A DNA stretch of 56,309 bases, counting the filler, from Diploschistes diacapsis (Eukaryota), in the NCBI GenBank assembly GCA_023645945.1. It is 4 parts of 4 records of this genome, joined end to end, with 100 filler letters (N's around TTAATTAATTAA, not from the genome) between each part and the next. Parts side by side here need not be neighbours in the genome. Positions count along the whole stretch, not along the records: positions 1 to 14,025 come from JALAIB010000619.1; 3 more parts are not named here. One strand, written 5' to 3'. Under the pieces are notes generated by a model. The model was not told the origin of the DNA. It worked only from the letters and a program-made list of their open reading frames with translations, and ran no database searches. Position 1 is the stretch's first letter. Each line of letters opens with the position of its first letter. This document shows, piece by piece, positions 1 to 13,435 of the stretch. The position numbers were made by a program, and so were the translations under genes.

Positions 1-114
1 TCGCTGGGACGTGGGGAGGGGGTAGATGTCGTCGCTTTCGGAGTCGGAGTGGTCGAGAGCGTGTAGGCGGTAGTGGTAGCGCGAGGAGCGGTCGGGGGAG
101 TGGGAGCGGGGCAT
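1..114 (-). CDS. 5' end of a hypothetical protein running off the window (MPRSHSPDRSSRYHYRLHALDHSDSESDDIYPLPTSQR...)
   Basis: ATG at 114, frame open to the window edge, coding-like C-rich codons; family not recognised. Confidence 0.4.
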   Translation of the reverse strand, partial: MPRSHSPDRSSRYHYRLHALDHSDSESDDIYPLPTSQR

Positions 115-1323
115 TATGGATCGGTGTGGTTGGTTGCAGAGAAGATGCGAATTTGGGGGCTGGAGGTTACTTCGGTTCTTGTGGCAGTGGGCTTCTAGAT
201 TTAGGAGATACTGGAGGTTATGGGAATGCGGTTATGGCGCGCCTGGCGCTTGGTGTTTCTGGAGATAGAGCCTGTGGTTCTTTGGAAAGAAAAAAATGAA
301 TGCAGAATGAGTGGAGCATGCAATGCTCGACCTTCGAAAGAATAGAATGTGCGCATACAGGAACGTACGGGCTATGATGCGAATCAACGCGATCAAAGGT
401 GGTTTGAAGCAAAAAAAGGAAAAAAGGAACGAGACAACAGGGGAGGAAAGCTATCAGTAAAGCGGTATATACCACGGCTGTAGCTAACAGCTACAAGCTT
501 CCAAAGCTAAGCTTTCACTGGCCAGTGAAGACCAGGATTTCTAACATGTTAACGGTCATTAACAGGTAGCGTTGGGTTTGGTCTTCACCATGCTACTCGC
601 TGCATTGTACGCTTTCGGGAAGAAGCTCGGAGAAGTTGGCACTGGGCGAAGCTTGCTGCCGATCTGTTTTCGTGGCAGCAAGGTGTTGGTGTTGGCGCCG
701 TAATTGGGCGAGTCAGATAAATTTTGTACTCCCTAACATTTTTGCCATGCTTTGCGGCCTGCAGAAAGGTCAAGCATGTTTGATTTTCCCGGAGCTATCG
801 GCACCAGGAGGTTATCTCTGTTGGCGGAAAGGGACATGATTGTGGTGGTTTTGGTCGTTGAACGCTTGGTTTTCTAGAGGAAAGAAAAAAATGGAGTCTT
901 GATGATGCATTGGTGCGCAGAGAGCGCTAGCCTTGTAGGGCTAGCACTGATTCAAGAACCGATTCAGCTTGTTTAGGTATCTATCATCTCCTATGCGTCT
1001 TATCGCTTTGCACATGTGCTACATTAAAGCATTACCCTATGGTATTCTAATCGTTGGTTATCCGCAGCGCCGGCTGGCGTGGGGAACAATAGAATAATTG
1101 CCATGTAATCCTTAGTCTTCATGGCCTAGAATGTGTGATGCTATAGGTATCTAAAGCTCGCGGTATGTAAGCGCTGTGGACCTGTTCTTGTCTAGAAACA
1201 CCCCCTCCAATGAAGACAATTCGAAGCAAATAAGATACATTACCCGCAGACGCCTATCCCGCTCCCTGATGCACCACAAATCCGGCAAGAAGACACAACG
1301 GATCGACCATCGTCCTACCTGCA

Positions 1324-4300
1324 TTAACGCCTTTCTATTAGAATAAAATGTAAGCATATATACGCCACTACCAGCACGCCGGCTGATGTGGCCCCCAGAC
1401 TTATAACGTCTTCCCAAACTGCGCCCGGCCGGAAACCGAAGGAGCTGAGAATCGATGCGCCCGGAACCTCGATGTCGAGGCCAAACTTGTGTTCGTAGAG
1501 TTTGAGGTGGCGCATCTCGTTCACCAGGAGCGCTTCCAGACTGTAATGGAAGATCGATAACTATGGAAAGAACGTATCAGCATATGAACCTCGAATAAGT
1601 AATTAAAGATATCAGAAGAAGATCGGAACGCACCTGTTGAAGCCATTTGGCGCCAGGTGGTATGGCGTCGGCGTTAAGCAAGAAGCCAGCAAAGAGGATG
1701 CTGAAAAGCATGACCAAACTACCGACAAGATTGGCAACCGCATTGTCTCTGCAGAGGATGCCTATCATGAGGCAGATGGCGGATGCTGCGAGGTTGAAAA
1801 GGACAAGCGTAAGTGTGCATATGAAGAATTCGGGCCACTTGGGCACGAGTCCGACCATGGGATAGACAACAACGATAACGATGATTGGCGGCAGCAGCCG
1901 CAACGGGAGGATATCGAAGCAGACCTTTGAGAGAAAGTAGGTGAGAGGTGAATAGTAACCATTGGCTCGTTCCCGAAGGAAGATGACTCGCTCCGAGGAG
2001 AAGACGGCAAGGCTGGTAAGCGTACTGAAGCCAAAAAGGGCAAGGATGAAGAATAGAAGACCCAGACGGTCTTGGAAGCCTTTAATGTCATTCGTAAGGC
2101 CGAAGTAACAATATCCACAGAGAACTGCCACTACGATCGCGACGGCGTAGTGAGCGAGCATGAGCATGGGGTTTCTGTAAAGATTTTTCCATGTTCGTTT
2201 TGAGAGGATTAAAAATTGTTGAACAAAGCTGATGCGCTTGTACCCTTTGATGGTTCCTCGCTTCGTAGCACTATTCACGCCGTTGCTAACTCCATTTGCA
2301 GACGTCGCGGTATGGACAGACAGCGTGATCTCATCACGGATCGCCTTTGCTACGTCTGAGTTCTGATATGTGGCCAATAACGTATCCAAATCGGACCCAA
2401 GGCCAGAAGCGGGAGGCGGCAGTTGATGAGGATCGTCCATAACTTGTGGCGGAACAGAGCCATGAGGTCTCGACAGTCTTAGCCACTGTTGAGTTGATTC
2501 CGATGGATTATTGAGGTCCGGACCTTCGTCGTCCGTACGTGGAGTGTCAGGTGTCCCGGCTCCGGTGGTACTCTGTTTCCGTGTAAAGAGCTTGCGATCC
2601 TGCTGTTGCTTGATCGACTGTCGTCTCGTAGGATATGGTCGCTTCGACGTCTCACTAGGGCTCCCATACAAGCTCGTATCCACACTCACTGCTGAACGAA
2701 TAGATTTGATACCCCGAACGCTACTAGCGATTGTTCGAGAGCCGTCGGCAGTGGGATCAAAGCCATGGCTGGAGAGATGTTCATTCGCAGCATGCATTGT
2801 AAGATCAACCAAATAGTCTGCGATATTAAAGCCAGATGGGCAAGGGTAGCCTATTGAATCAAAGTATTGCTGGCATTTCGACAATGGACCGGAGAATACT
2901 GTTCGTCCTCTGGCTAAGAGGACGAGGTGATCGAACAAGGCAACGATATTGGATCTTGGCTGGTGGATTGTGAAAACGACAGTTCGGTTATAATTCCTTG
3001 CGAGGTTGACAAGGCATTCAACGACGTTGTACGCGTTGTGGGCATCGAGACCACTGGTTGGTTCATCCAAGAAGAGAATGCTCGGACTAGTCACCAGCTC
3101 ACAGGCAATGCCAACACGTCTTTTCTCGCCCCCAGAGATACCACGTCCACCAGTCTCTTCTGAGCCGATAAGCTGGTCTCGAATATGTGAAATGCCTAAT
3201 TGTCTTTCAACCTCGAAGACCTTGGCCTCCTTGACGAGCCCGCTCATGTCCCGTGGCAGCCTCAAGAGTGCACTGTTCAAGATGGTTTCGTGGACGGTGA
3301 GCGTCGGCATCATTGCATCCTCTTGATCAACGAAACCAATCACACTTTTGAAGTCACCATCAGAGACATTTTCTCCATTGACAAAGATATTTCCCGTGAT
3401 AGCTCCGCGTTTGTTCTTTCTGGCGAGAATATCTAGAAAAGTGGTCTTGCCTGCTCCGGATGCACCCATAATGGCCATGACCTGCCCAGGGTTGACAATG
3501 CCACGAACGCCGTGCAGAATCTGTTTTCCATTCAGCTCGTATGATACGTTCTCGAACTGCAAAGCAGCTGCCTTGTGCTCTGTCATCATGCGGGTGCTCT
3601 CGTCGTCCGAATCGTCGAGGTAGATCGGCCCGTGCCTGTCATACGATCTTCTCGCAAGGTACCAAACCGTGAACCCTATTGCAACCACTAGCAAGGCGCA
3701 TCCAGCTATGATGCCAGCTATTAGAGGCGTGTTGATGGCCTTGAAAGGCTTTTCGTAGCCCGGAACGTCGGTTCGGTACAAGCACTCGGCCGCATTGCAT
3801 TCGAGCGTAATTGAGTCGTCTCCAAACACGCCCAGAATCAAGTCGTCCATAGCCGGCTCCTGGAATGTACTCTTCTTTTTGCCAGCAGTCTCGATGGTCT
3901 GGAAAGTCGCCGGACCGTTAATATCTAGGAAAAGATCCTTTAGATCGATGGAGCCAGCTTCTCCGCAAAGCATACGTTCGGGGATACAGGAACATTCAAT
4001 ATGTTCACAATTGTACGTCGTAATGTTCTGGGTGTCGGTATGCTTGCTCTCCCAATCACAAGTGTGAAGGCCGCAGTAGAAAGATTCGCGCTGATCTACC
4101 CAGACTGCCCAAGAATTAGTACTGACGCAGAGGATAGGTCAAGGAAGCTTACATTGGAAGCTGCATGTCTTGTTCGCAGCCTTGCAGGAGAAGGTTACCT
4201 CCGGGACTTGGCCTTGCAGCATACCCAGAATTTGCGGATTGGTCACCTTGCACATTTGATAATTCTCCTTAACAGCGAGATCACCCTGGTAACAGACTCC

Positions 4301-4729
4301 ACCTTCCTGGATCCCGTCCTCATTCTCGGGCATCAGCGCATTGCAGGCATCGTCAGTTTTGCAGAGATTGCAGTTGATACCATCCCAACCCTCTTTGCAA
4401 TCACAGGTCTTTTGATCCGAGTTTCGAGGCTCGCGGTTGTTGCCATCTGGGAGACCTCCGCACAAAGGTTCCGAGCAGTCATCGCCACCGAAGCCCGGAG
4501 GACAGGAGCACTTGCCGTTGAATTTGTTGCAGGAGGCGAACTGATGGCACTTGTCCGAGAGATTTAGACAGTTGAAGCAAGAAGGGCATGGCGGACACTC
4601 GGACGGTCGATCTTCGAGAACCGAGAAGTCACGCTGCAGATGCTGGCTGCTATAGTTACTATAGGCGCTGGTAAGACATACTTGCCCGATAAGCCAGACG
4701 AGAACGAAGCTCGAGCTGGGAGAGCGCAT
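1324..4729 (-). CDS. ADP1: ABCG half-transporter with N-terminal EGF-like Cys-rich domain (Adp1 ortholog); exons 4729-4153, 4104-1634, 1560-1324
   Basis: Signal peptide, EGF-like [12 protein letters not shown], Walker A GASGAGKT, signature ISGGEKRR, Walker [16 protein letters not shown]2 TM domain. GT-AG introns 4105-4152 and 1561-1633 join three ORF pieces in frame. Confidence 0.93.
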
Positions 4730-7347
4730 GAGGTCGGGTGGCGAGATCGCAGTGGGCAGAAGAGCTATGGGTGTGGTGCGGATAGAGAGACTCGGTTAGA
4801 GAGATAGAAGGATACGGATTCCAAAGGCAATCTATCGACTTAGTTTGATCATCGCCGTATCCAATGATGCCTCTGCTGGTGACATTTGAAGTCGAAAGCC
4901 TATAGGAAGCGTAGGTGAGATAGGATGAAACAGGCAGACATGAAGGTGGCGGAGGTTCTAGGTAGCTGCACAGGGAATCGAAGGCCCGCATGATCTTCCG
5001 CCTTGTAAGGCAGAGACTTCTTGGCATTGAGTCGGTTACTCGCATGTATGTAGAGAAGGTGTATAGAACTTGTTCTGCAAGATTCCCTACATTACTACTA
5101 TGGACAAACATCCGTTACCAGACCAGGGTCCCCATGAGCTTGGATGGTGGGTTCAGGAGCACCCAATGGCCATGACAGGAAGAAGGATATATTGACGGTA
5201 GGCATCTGGGGAGTGCCCCTGAATAAAATATACACAGGGGGTAACGTGGTGGTACCCATCTGTTTACACTACGATAAGAAACTATTCTCTGCGAGCTGAT
5301 ACCTTAGCGAGTTAATTCCAATTGCGAGACTCCCAGCTTTCCTCCTGATGAAGGGATTAACTGCTAAACAGAACAAGATGTCTATGGTGGACAATCACTG
5401 GTCGGAAGAACCCTTATTTGCCTCCCAGCGGGATGGAATCCGGGAGACCAGGGCAGGCTTGGAAGTTGGAACTCAATGGGGTCCGGCTTCGAGATTGCGT
5501 CTTCAACGCTCTGATGACGGCGGAGTGTGGAAGGGCGCATGCACGAAATTGTCATCCCCAAGAAGCTATTGGTGCGCATTGAAGCCTTGGAGGCTCACTA
5601 AGTCATCATGCCTTGAACGACTCAAGACAGCCCAAGATGAGCAGAGGTGAACAGCAGGAGAAGATGCTGGTCAATGCTGAAAAGCGTTTGAAATTGGACC
5701 CGCAAGAACACAGACCAGGTGCAGATATTCAAACCTAGCAGTACTTCTGTATATAGGTAATAGGCCTTGGTTTTCTGCGTGGGGTGTACTTATATTGTTA
5801 CCATAGCTATTGGCTACCATTCCCAGATACAGTACATGTACATATACAGCCGTCCAGGTAGCGCCAATGCTGGCGTTAAATCTCCTTTGATTAATCTTCA
5901 GGCTGTCGGCTGGTTACTGGCACACCGTGGAGTCGAATATAAGGTTGTTCGTTGTTCGCGAATCATAACGAAACCCCGTCGTTCATAGGGCAAATCCCAC
6001 TGAAACATTAGTTATGTACAACTACAACCACACGCTGCATGTCTCACCGCCAGAATTGCCGGATAATTGTTTGTTCATGCTTGGAGGCGGTCACGCGCTT
6101 TTCTGAGACTCCCTCTGCAGCATAGCATCGAAGTCTAAGCTGGCCTTGGCTGGTCTGGTACGTGTTATTCTTGTCCTTCTCCTTGTCAATTTCAAGGGCC
6201 AGATGCAGCCATATAGCACCTCCAGAGGGTTGCAGTACTCGCGTACGATATGCAACCATCGTCCTACAACGCTGTATAGTTGTACTGCAAGTGAAGTGGA
6301 TGGAGACGATGCTACAAACACTACTATACCCTGTTGGGAATCCAGAAAACGCGGGGGCTATTCTTATTCGCTCGACATCGGCCATCGAGGTCAGTTAGCG
6401 CTGGCCTGGCCTTTGCTGCTCAGGAATTGGAAGACGGGGAGGCACGAGTTCGACCCCTTTTTGAATACTGTTCGCAGGGGCAGGAGGGGGGGTACTTGCG
6501 CCGTTTGAAAGAATATTATGGGCTGTTTGTTGGAGTGCGCATTGACAAGGCTATATCCCTCTGTTATGGGATATCTACATACATACATGTTCTTACGCCG
6601 CGTTCTGAAGATACGTCGCAAGCTGCTTGCACGCATTTCAGTGTTGGGTTTAGACTCATCCTTGAGAATGTCTGGAACTCAAGAGGGCGTCGCATATGTT
6701 GAGCTAGCGAAAAGCCAATATAGATCTCTGAAACAGAGACAGATTGTATCAGACTTATAGGTAACTGCTTTTGCATGAGGCACTGGCTACCTACATGTAC
6801 CTACAAATATCTTCCACTCGGCAAGAAGAAGTGGTGTTAAAAAGATACAGCATCTAGTGGCTGGGTATATAGTCAATCCTAAGTAGCAAGTATAACCACG
6901 GAAGACATGCAATGCTAGAAAAGGTGGAGAGGGTCCTTTTCGCCCTCCTGCGAAATCTTCCCTTCTGATAGTAATCTACCTAATAATCACCATCATTATC
7001 TGCCCGGCTCTTCTTTTTTGCGCATAGAAGCAAGTTGCTTGTTGTCCTACCTACGTTGCTCGTCGTTGCTTTCTTTGAGCATTCTTTGGCCTGCACGGTT
7101 GGCGGTTGGCGCTTCGTAATTGTCTGTGCCCCATCGCAAGTCGAGGGTACTGTACAGTACCGTCTCTACCAACTTCAGCTTCAGCTTCGGCTCTTCGAGA
7201 GTTATTGTACCCGACCGGGAAAGCCTGTTTTCTGGATTCTGACGTGAGACGAAGCGGCCCTTGTCTCAATTGCCTCCATGTCAGGCGACCGTATAGGTGT
7301 TGGTTTATGAGTGCACCGTTGTGGCTCTGCTTGTCCAACCCTCAAAA

Positions 7348-10300
7348 ATGGCAGATCAGCCGAAAGCTTCGACCTCCACACGAGCCATACCTCCGCCCTT
7401 GAACAGTGCGCTTCGGAAACCTACTCCTAGTCCTCTACAAGTATCTCAAATATCTACTCCACTGACCAACAACTTCGTTCATACCGGTCCGAAGGACTTT
7501 GGCTCACCCCATTCGTCGAAAGGAGACGCTGGGACCTCTCCCTTCACGCCTAGATCACCGCACTACAGCCCCGTCTTTCTTTCCGACCAGAACGACTCAC
7601 TAAATGGCGGAGAGCTGAGTTCTGTTGCTTCCCGCAACGCGACTCAGGAACCCATGCGACCTGATGTCAGCGAAAGGCGCAAACACAGCCCGCTGGTTAC
7701 GCCCAGAGGGAATGAACTGCAGGCGACGAGGAACGTCTCAGCGCTCTCGCAGTCCTCTGCTGCCGTCACGACAGATTCTCCTCCGCACTCGCCTTCGGAA
7801 ATTGCTCTTTCGAAAGTCAGAGCTGTCGATCATCGCCCGGTAGAGCGACTTGGGCCTCGCACTTCGTCCATCGATTCCACAATGTCCTCAGTCTCCTCGA
7901 CCACATCCTACTCGCACGCTTCTTCCGATCCACTCAGTCCCAGCCCGGCCGAGATTGCACAGATGGTCGCATCAGCAGGATCGGTGGACCAGCTGATACG
8001 GCAGCTAGTCAAAGAGAAGAAGCAGTCTGCAGCACAGAACGCTCAGCTGTGGAGGTTGATCAACAAACAACGTACGCTGATCATGGGCTTAAATGAAGAT
8101 TTTGCCCGTGCTCTAGAGGAGAAGAAGAAGTACCACCAGCGGTACAAGGAACTGAGCGCGAGTCTTAGGCCACACCCCACGCAAAGGGTTGACGAAGTGC
8201 GGAAGATGTCTCCGTCCGGCACGTCGTCGGCGGGGAGCGACGAGGAACTGCCGATTCAGAGACACAGCGCGCTACTCAGCGGCAAACAGCAGGCTCCGTT
8301 CATGGGAGAATCTGGTTCCACCGAGGAGGGAGATGCTGCCAACCATACGGTAGACCATCGCGCCACGGCCATTCTCAGCCCTACGCAGGTTCCGAGTCAA
8401 GTATCACCTTCGACTACCAGCCCGTCGATACCGAGTGAAGGCATGCCCAAGGCTATGCAAGAATCAGAAGCATCGGATGCATCGGATGAGGATGATTCGC
8501 GAAGGCACACCATAATGCAATCAAACTTCAGAGCTATAGCGCCCTTCGAGATGCACAAAAAGCTGCCTCCTGCAATCGACCCTTCCTCCGAACCCCGCAC
8601 ACCTCTGGCACAAGATGTGGATATGGGTCCTTCGCCTTCCAGCTTCTCCGCTCGCCGATCACTGACTACGCCCCGGAAATCTGCGCACAATAGCCCTCAT
8701 GTTGGTGGTGATTCGCCTATCGAAGGGCCGCCGACATTGACTTCGCCAATGTCCAGAAGGGGTCCTCCAGCTCCGTTGAATCTTCAACAGCGGCCGGTCC
8801 AGCCACCACAGCCGCTGAAGTCGCCGGACCGGTATGGACCCGAAGACCGTTCCGAGCCCGAGTACGACGAGGCTTTGGAGGCGGAGCGTGCCCCCAAGCT
8901 TGAGCGGGGTCGGAGGAAAACGCGCGAAGAAGATGATAAGGAGAGGGAGTTCGTCATGAAGAAGGAGGCCGAGAGCCGCAGCCAGTCAAAGAAGCAGAAA
9001 CGTCCGAAATCGGGGTCAAAATCTGGTCCAGCCTCCCCCACCAAACAATCGGCAACTTCTCCTACCCAGAGTCTTCCCAAATCGCCGGTCATACGGGCAT
9101 TCTCGCCCAACGAGTCGCCAACTTCCTTGCAAGAGCATTTTTCGCCACATGCATCGCTCGCTGGCGTCTTGAGTGGGCCCTCCTCCTCTGCCAATTCCAT
9201 CGTTGAGCAAAGTGTAACTATCATGGCATCCCCACCGCTCAGCCCGGGTCTACCGCGCAGCCCACGGCCGATCGACCGTCCCCTGAACTCCCCCGCTCCA
9301 AGAGCACCGATCGATTCCAACGTATCGTCTCCGCCCTTGTCTCCTCGTCCGGGCACCCTATCCCCTCCAGAGCTACTGTCTCCTCGCGCCCCAAGGCATC
9401 CGATCCCTCTTCCTCCGCATACGCCGACATCTCTTACTTCTCCGCATTGTTCAATCTCAGAGGACGACAAAGCTGCGTCAATGCGATCAAGGTCGCCAAC
9501 CCTCCAGCCTCCGCCTCAATCTCCTCCAAACCTACAGCCTCCACAATCACCAAAATCTCCCGTCAAAGCGTTGTCTCCACAATCACCAAAGTCGCCCAGG
9601 AAAGGAACTTCAGCACCTCTCGCACAAGTTTCTAGCAATCCATCAAGCGAGAATATGTCTGCAGGAATTTTCCGTGGGTTTAGGTCCGAAGCTTACCCGG
9701 ACTTGCTGCTTCCACCAAATGCGCTACCCCTTATCCTGATCAAGGTGACTTCATCTCGGCTGCGACCCTCTCGCCACAGTATGCTATCCATGAAGAGCAT
9801 GGAAGAAGACCCGGTTTTCACGTTGGGCATAACTGCGAGGTCCAACATGAAGCCGCTATGGCGCGTAGAAAAGCCTATCATGTCCATGCCACAGCTGGAC
9901 CAGCAGCTAAAGCAAATCTCGTCTTTCGAATTCAGGCTACCAGACAGAAGCTTGTTCACGGGCCATGCGCCGGCAAAGATTGATGCGAGAAGGGAGGCTT
10001 TGGAGAGATACTTCGAGGATGTGCTCGACACTGAAATGAGGGACCCGGCGGCCTTGATCCTATGTAATTTCTTGTCCAGCCAAGTTGTCCCGGTGGAAGA
10101 TTATGAAGGCTCAAACCCTAGCAATTCCAACGAGGGGCCTCAACAGGTGCACTTGGGTCCTGATGGGAGGATCATCAAGGAAGGCTTCTTAACCAAAAGA
10201 GGGAAGAACTTTGGGGGCTGGAAGGCAAGGTACTTTGTTCTCGACGAGCCTGTTCTGCGGTATTACGAATCGCCAGGTGGCGCATTGCTCGGAACCATCA

Positions 10301-12544
10301 AGCTGATGAACGCTCAGATTGGCAAGCAAGCAGCCAATCACTCGTCTTCGCATTCGCCGTCCAGAGCCGGCGAGGAACACGACAAGGAGTTCAGACATGC
10401 CTTTCTAATTCTCGAGCCGAAGAAGAAGGATTCCAATAGTTTTCTGCGCCATGTGCTTTGCGCAGAGAGCGATGCCGAAAGAGATGACTGGGTCGGGGCT
10501 CTGTTGCAGTACATCGGTCAGATAGCTCCAGAGGGCAGATCAAAGACCGCTTCCAAGGGCATTCTAAGTTCGATGATGAGGTCCGGAAAGGAAGAATCGC
10601 CAGTTGGATCCGAGCGTAGCCACGAAGATTCGGCCAAGGGCTTGCAAGGGGTTAATTACGAGGACACGGTGGCTGGGCAGCCGGTAAAGATGGGCTCCAG
10701 TCAAGGGACTCCGTCACCGCTATCCAGCTCCTTTAACGGCAATCAAGGAATGATGGCATCACCTCCATCGAGATCCATCTCAGGCCCTACAAACGGCGTC
10801 GTGATTCAAGATCCTCAGGCCTTCAACAAGCGTCCGGTGGAAGGTCCAAAGGTGAGAGATACCCAGAAGAAGCGCAGCCTGTTTGCCTTTAGGGACAGGC
10901 AGCCTGATAGCAACGCATCGACGCCAAATAATTCTATGGCTGCAATGGCAAGACCTCAAACGTCTTCTACTATGGGTAGGCCGGTATTCGGTATGCCCTT
11001 GGCCGAAGCCGTGGAGACTTTCCCGGCGCGAGGCTCTGACCTGGCGTTGCCCGCTGTCGTCTATCGGTGCCTAGAGTATCTCGAAGCAAAAGAAGCTGTG
11101 GACGAAGAGGGCATCTTTAGGTTGAGTGGTTCAAACGTCGTCATCAAGCAGCTGCGCGAGCGCTTCAACACTGAAGGCGACGTCGATTTTTTGGGCGAAG
11201 GAACGCATTACGATGTCCATGCTATTGCTTCCTTGTTGAAGGCGTATCTACGGGAGCTGCCAGCAAACGTTCTTGGCCCCAGAGAGCTGCAGGTTCGGTT
11301 CGCAACAGTTCTCGGTATGATCTCTCTATCTTCCGTCCTCCCTTCTTCTCCCTTTCCCTCTTTCTTCTTCCGCACCTACAACTAATTCTCTAGCGCTAAC
11401 CCTGTTGCTCAGAGCTGGACGAAAAACCCAAGAAGATAGCCGCCTACAACATCCTGGTCCACCGTCTCCCCAACGCAAATTGGACCCTCCTTCGCGCCCT
11501 CTCCGCCTTCCTCATCTCCGTCGTCAACAACTCCAGCGTCAACAAGATGTCCGTCCGCAATGTCGGCATCGTTTTCTCGCCAACCCTCCAAATGCCCGCA
11601 CCCATATTCGCTGCCTTTCTAACCGACTTTGACGCCATCTTCGGTACCCCGCCCCTACCAAACGCTCATTTGCCTCTGCACGGTAGAACCCACTCGCAAG
11701 ATCGACAACAACAGCAGCAGCAGCAGCAGCAGGAGGCATATCCCTACCCGCAAGCCATGGAAGCCAGCTCGCCCCGCAACGCGGGCTTCGGCAGTCACGC
11801 CCCCTCTTACAAATCCGACTACCGCGCCCGCTCCGAAACACCAGACTCGAGGCGCAGCGACTCCCGCACCCGGCCCCCTCTCAACTGCCGCAAAACGTCC
11901 AGCGAGCAATCTTCCCAGCACATCTCCCAGCAATCGCAGCAGTCCCAGCAGCAGCAGCAGCAGCAGCCGAGCTCCGCCAACCTCCCGACCCTCCACAACA
12001 ATAATAACAACTATGATATTCACTCTTCTTCGTCCCGCCAGCACCCCGCAGCGGCGCGCTCCGCGCCTTCGCTATCCGTCTTCCCAACGCCACAGTCCTC
12101 CTCTTCCTCGACATCAGGGGGGCTGGGTGTGCCCCATGCAAGGCAGAGGGAGTCACAGGCCCAAGGACCGCTGACGACGAACGTCATGCGGGATAGAGAT
12201 AAGGATAGGGAACGGGACGCGAAGGCGAGGAGGAGGGAGAGCAGCATGATGCTGATGAACATGGGTCCTTCTGCAGGCGCGCGCGGGGCGGAGATTGGGA
12301 TGGCGGGCGGGCTGGGGATGGGGATGGCGGCGAATGCGATGGGGAACGTGAATGGAGGGAGAAAGGGTAGTCTAGGCATAGGGAATGGAGGGATGAATGG
12401 CGGTACAACAGGAGGGGGAAGAGACGCGATCGGTAAGCAAGCCTCGAGTTGAAAATGCCATACTACCTGGTAGATGCAAGAGCTAACGGGTTGCGTGAAC
12501 TATCAACAGACATGCTCTATGACGAGGACAATATCAGGATCTAG
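7348..12544 (+). CDS. BEM3: Rho GTPase-activating protein with PX-like, PH and RhoGAP domains (Bem3-like); exons 7348-11314, 11413-12432, probable 12510-12544
   Basis: PH motif KEGFLTKRGKNFGGWKARYFVL; RhoGAP VFGMPL...EEGIFRLSGS...NKMSVRNVGIVFSPTL. Intron GTATGA..GCTAAC..CAG 11315-11412 restores frame. Second intron GTAAGC..GCTAAC..CAG 12433-12509 is inferred; without it the CDS ends at 12452. Confidence 0.88.
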
Positions 12545-12746
12545 CATCCAGCATCTAGGTCGTCGAAGTCGCCCCTCCCTCCTTATCCTTCCCTCTCGAA
12601 ATACCTGAGGCCGTCGTGAATATCTCAACGCAGCGGGCTAGACGAGGCGTCGCTGCGCTGCTAAGGCGCTGGAGTGCTCCCGCAACGACCGAGTGGCTGA
12701 GCGATTTAAACCCCTGTGATGTTTCGAAGCGCTTCAACGAGGCGCT

Positions 12747-12793
12747 GGATCCGGATCCGGATCCGGATCCCAACCTCGATCCCAACCTCGATT
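12747..12793. repeat. (GGATCC)4 followed by ~2 copies of CCCAACCTCGAT
   Basis: Read directly. Confidence 0.85.
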
Positions 12794-12948
12794 CCCCAGC
12801 CTCCAACTTTAATTTTATTCTTGTTTCTATCTTTGACTATGCAACTACGATTCTAGTTGCTTTTGGTGGGCTTTTGATTGGAGTGTGTTAATTTTGCTCG
12901 TTTGTTTACTCTTCGATACCCCCTGTTTCAGCGACCCTGTTTCGGCGA

Positions 12949-12963
12949 GAGCGAGAGCGAGAG

Positions 12964-13031
<68 letters not shown>

Positions 13032-13038
13032 AGAGCGA
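12949..13038. repeat. Hexanucleotide microsatellite (GAGCGA)2(GAGCCA)11(GAGCGA)2
   Basis: Read directly; intergenic between convergent genes. Confidence 0.95.
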
Positions 13039-13435
13039 GAAGCAAGCCTGGGATGGATAGGAAATTGAAAGGAAGTGTGCCGATGGGAGATTGGGGCATG
13101 ATAGGATAGGATGTGAACAGGATGGAAAGGAAGGAAGGATGGGGGTATTTTTTTAATGTAATGGTACATAACTGTGCATGATGATGACGCCCTTGCCGGC
13201 CTTGGAAGTAGCGTTGCGAAGAGTTAAAGCGGTCGTTTGTTTGTGCGTGATAAGCCTCTTGTAATAAGTCCTGCAATAAGCCAGCACCGTACTATCTATC
13301 TTCCGCACGTCCCCCCCCCTACTCCTCGATCACGTCTCTTGCTTCCTTTTCACGCCCCTGTCTACCAATCAGTTCCCTTCTCCGTCGCCCTTGCCACTCT
13401 TCCCGCCCTGTTCTCCTCCGCCCTCTCGTTCTCCC

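Noticed and set aside
731..737. CCCTAAC as a telomerase RNA template
   Set aside because: Only 7 nt, expected by chance, and no other TER motifs recognised.
5348..6776. Many short overlapping ORFs between ADP1 and BEM3
   Set aside because: No recognisable motifs or consistent splice structure; likely divergent promoter region.
7297..7347. ORF-track non-ATG starts for BEM3 (and 14942 for FAB1)
   Set aside because: GTG/TTG starts are unlikely in fungi; the first ATGs at 7348 and 14993 were used.
12845..13276. ORFs with poly-LA, poly-AR, poly-SQ or poly-SG tracts
   Set aside because: Artefacts of the stop-free hexamer microsatellite.
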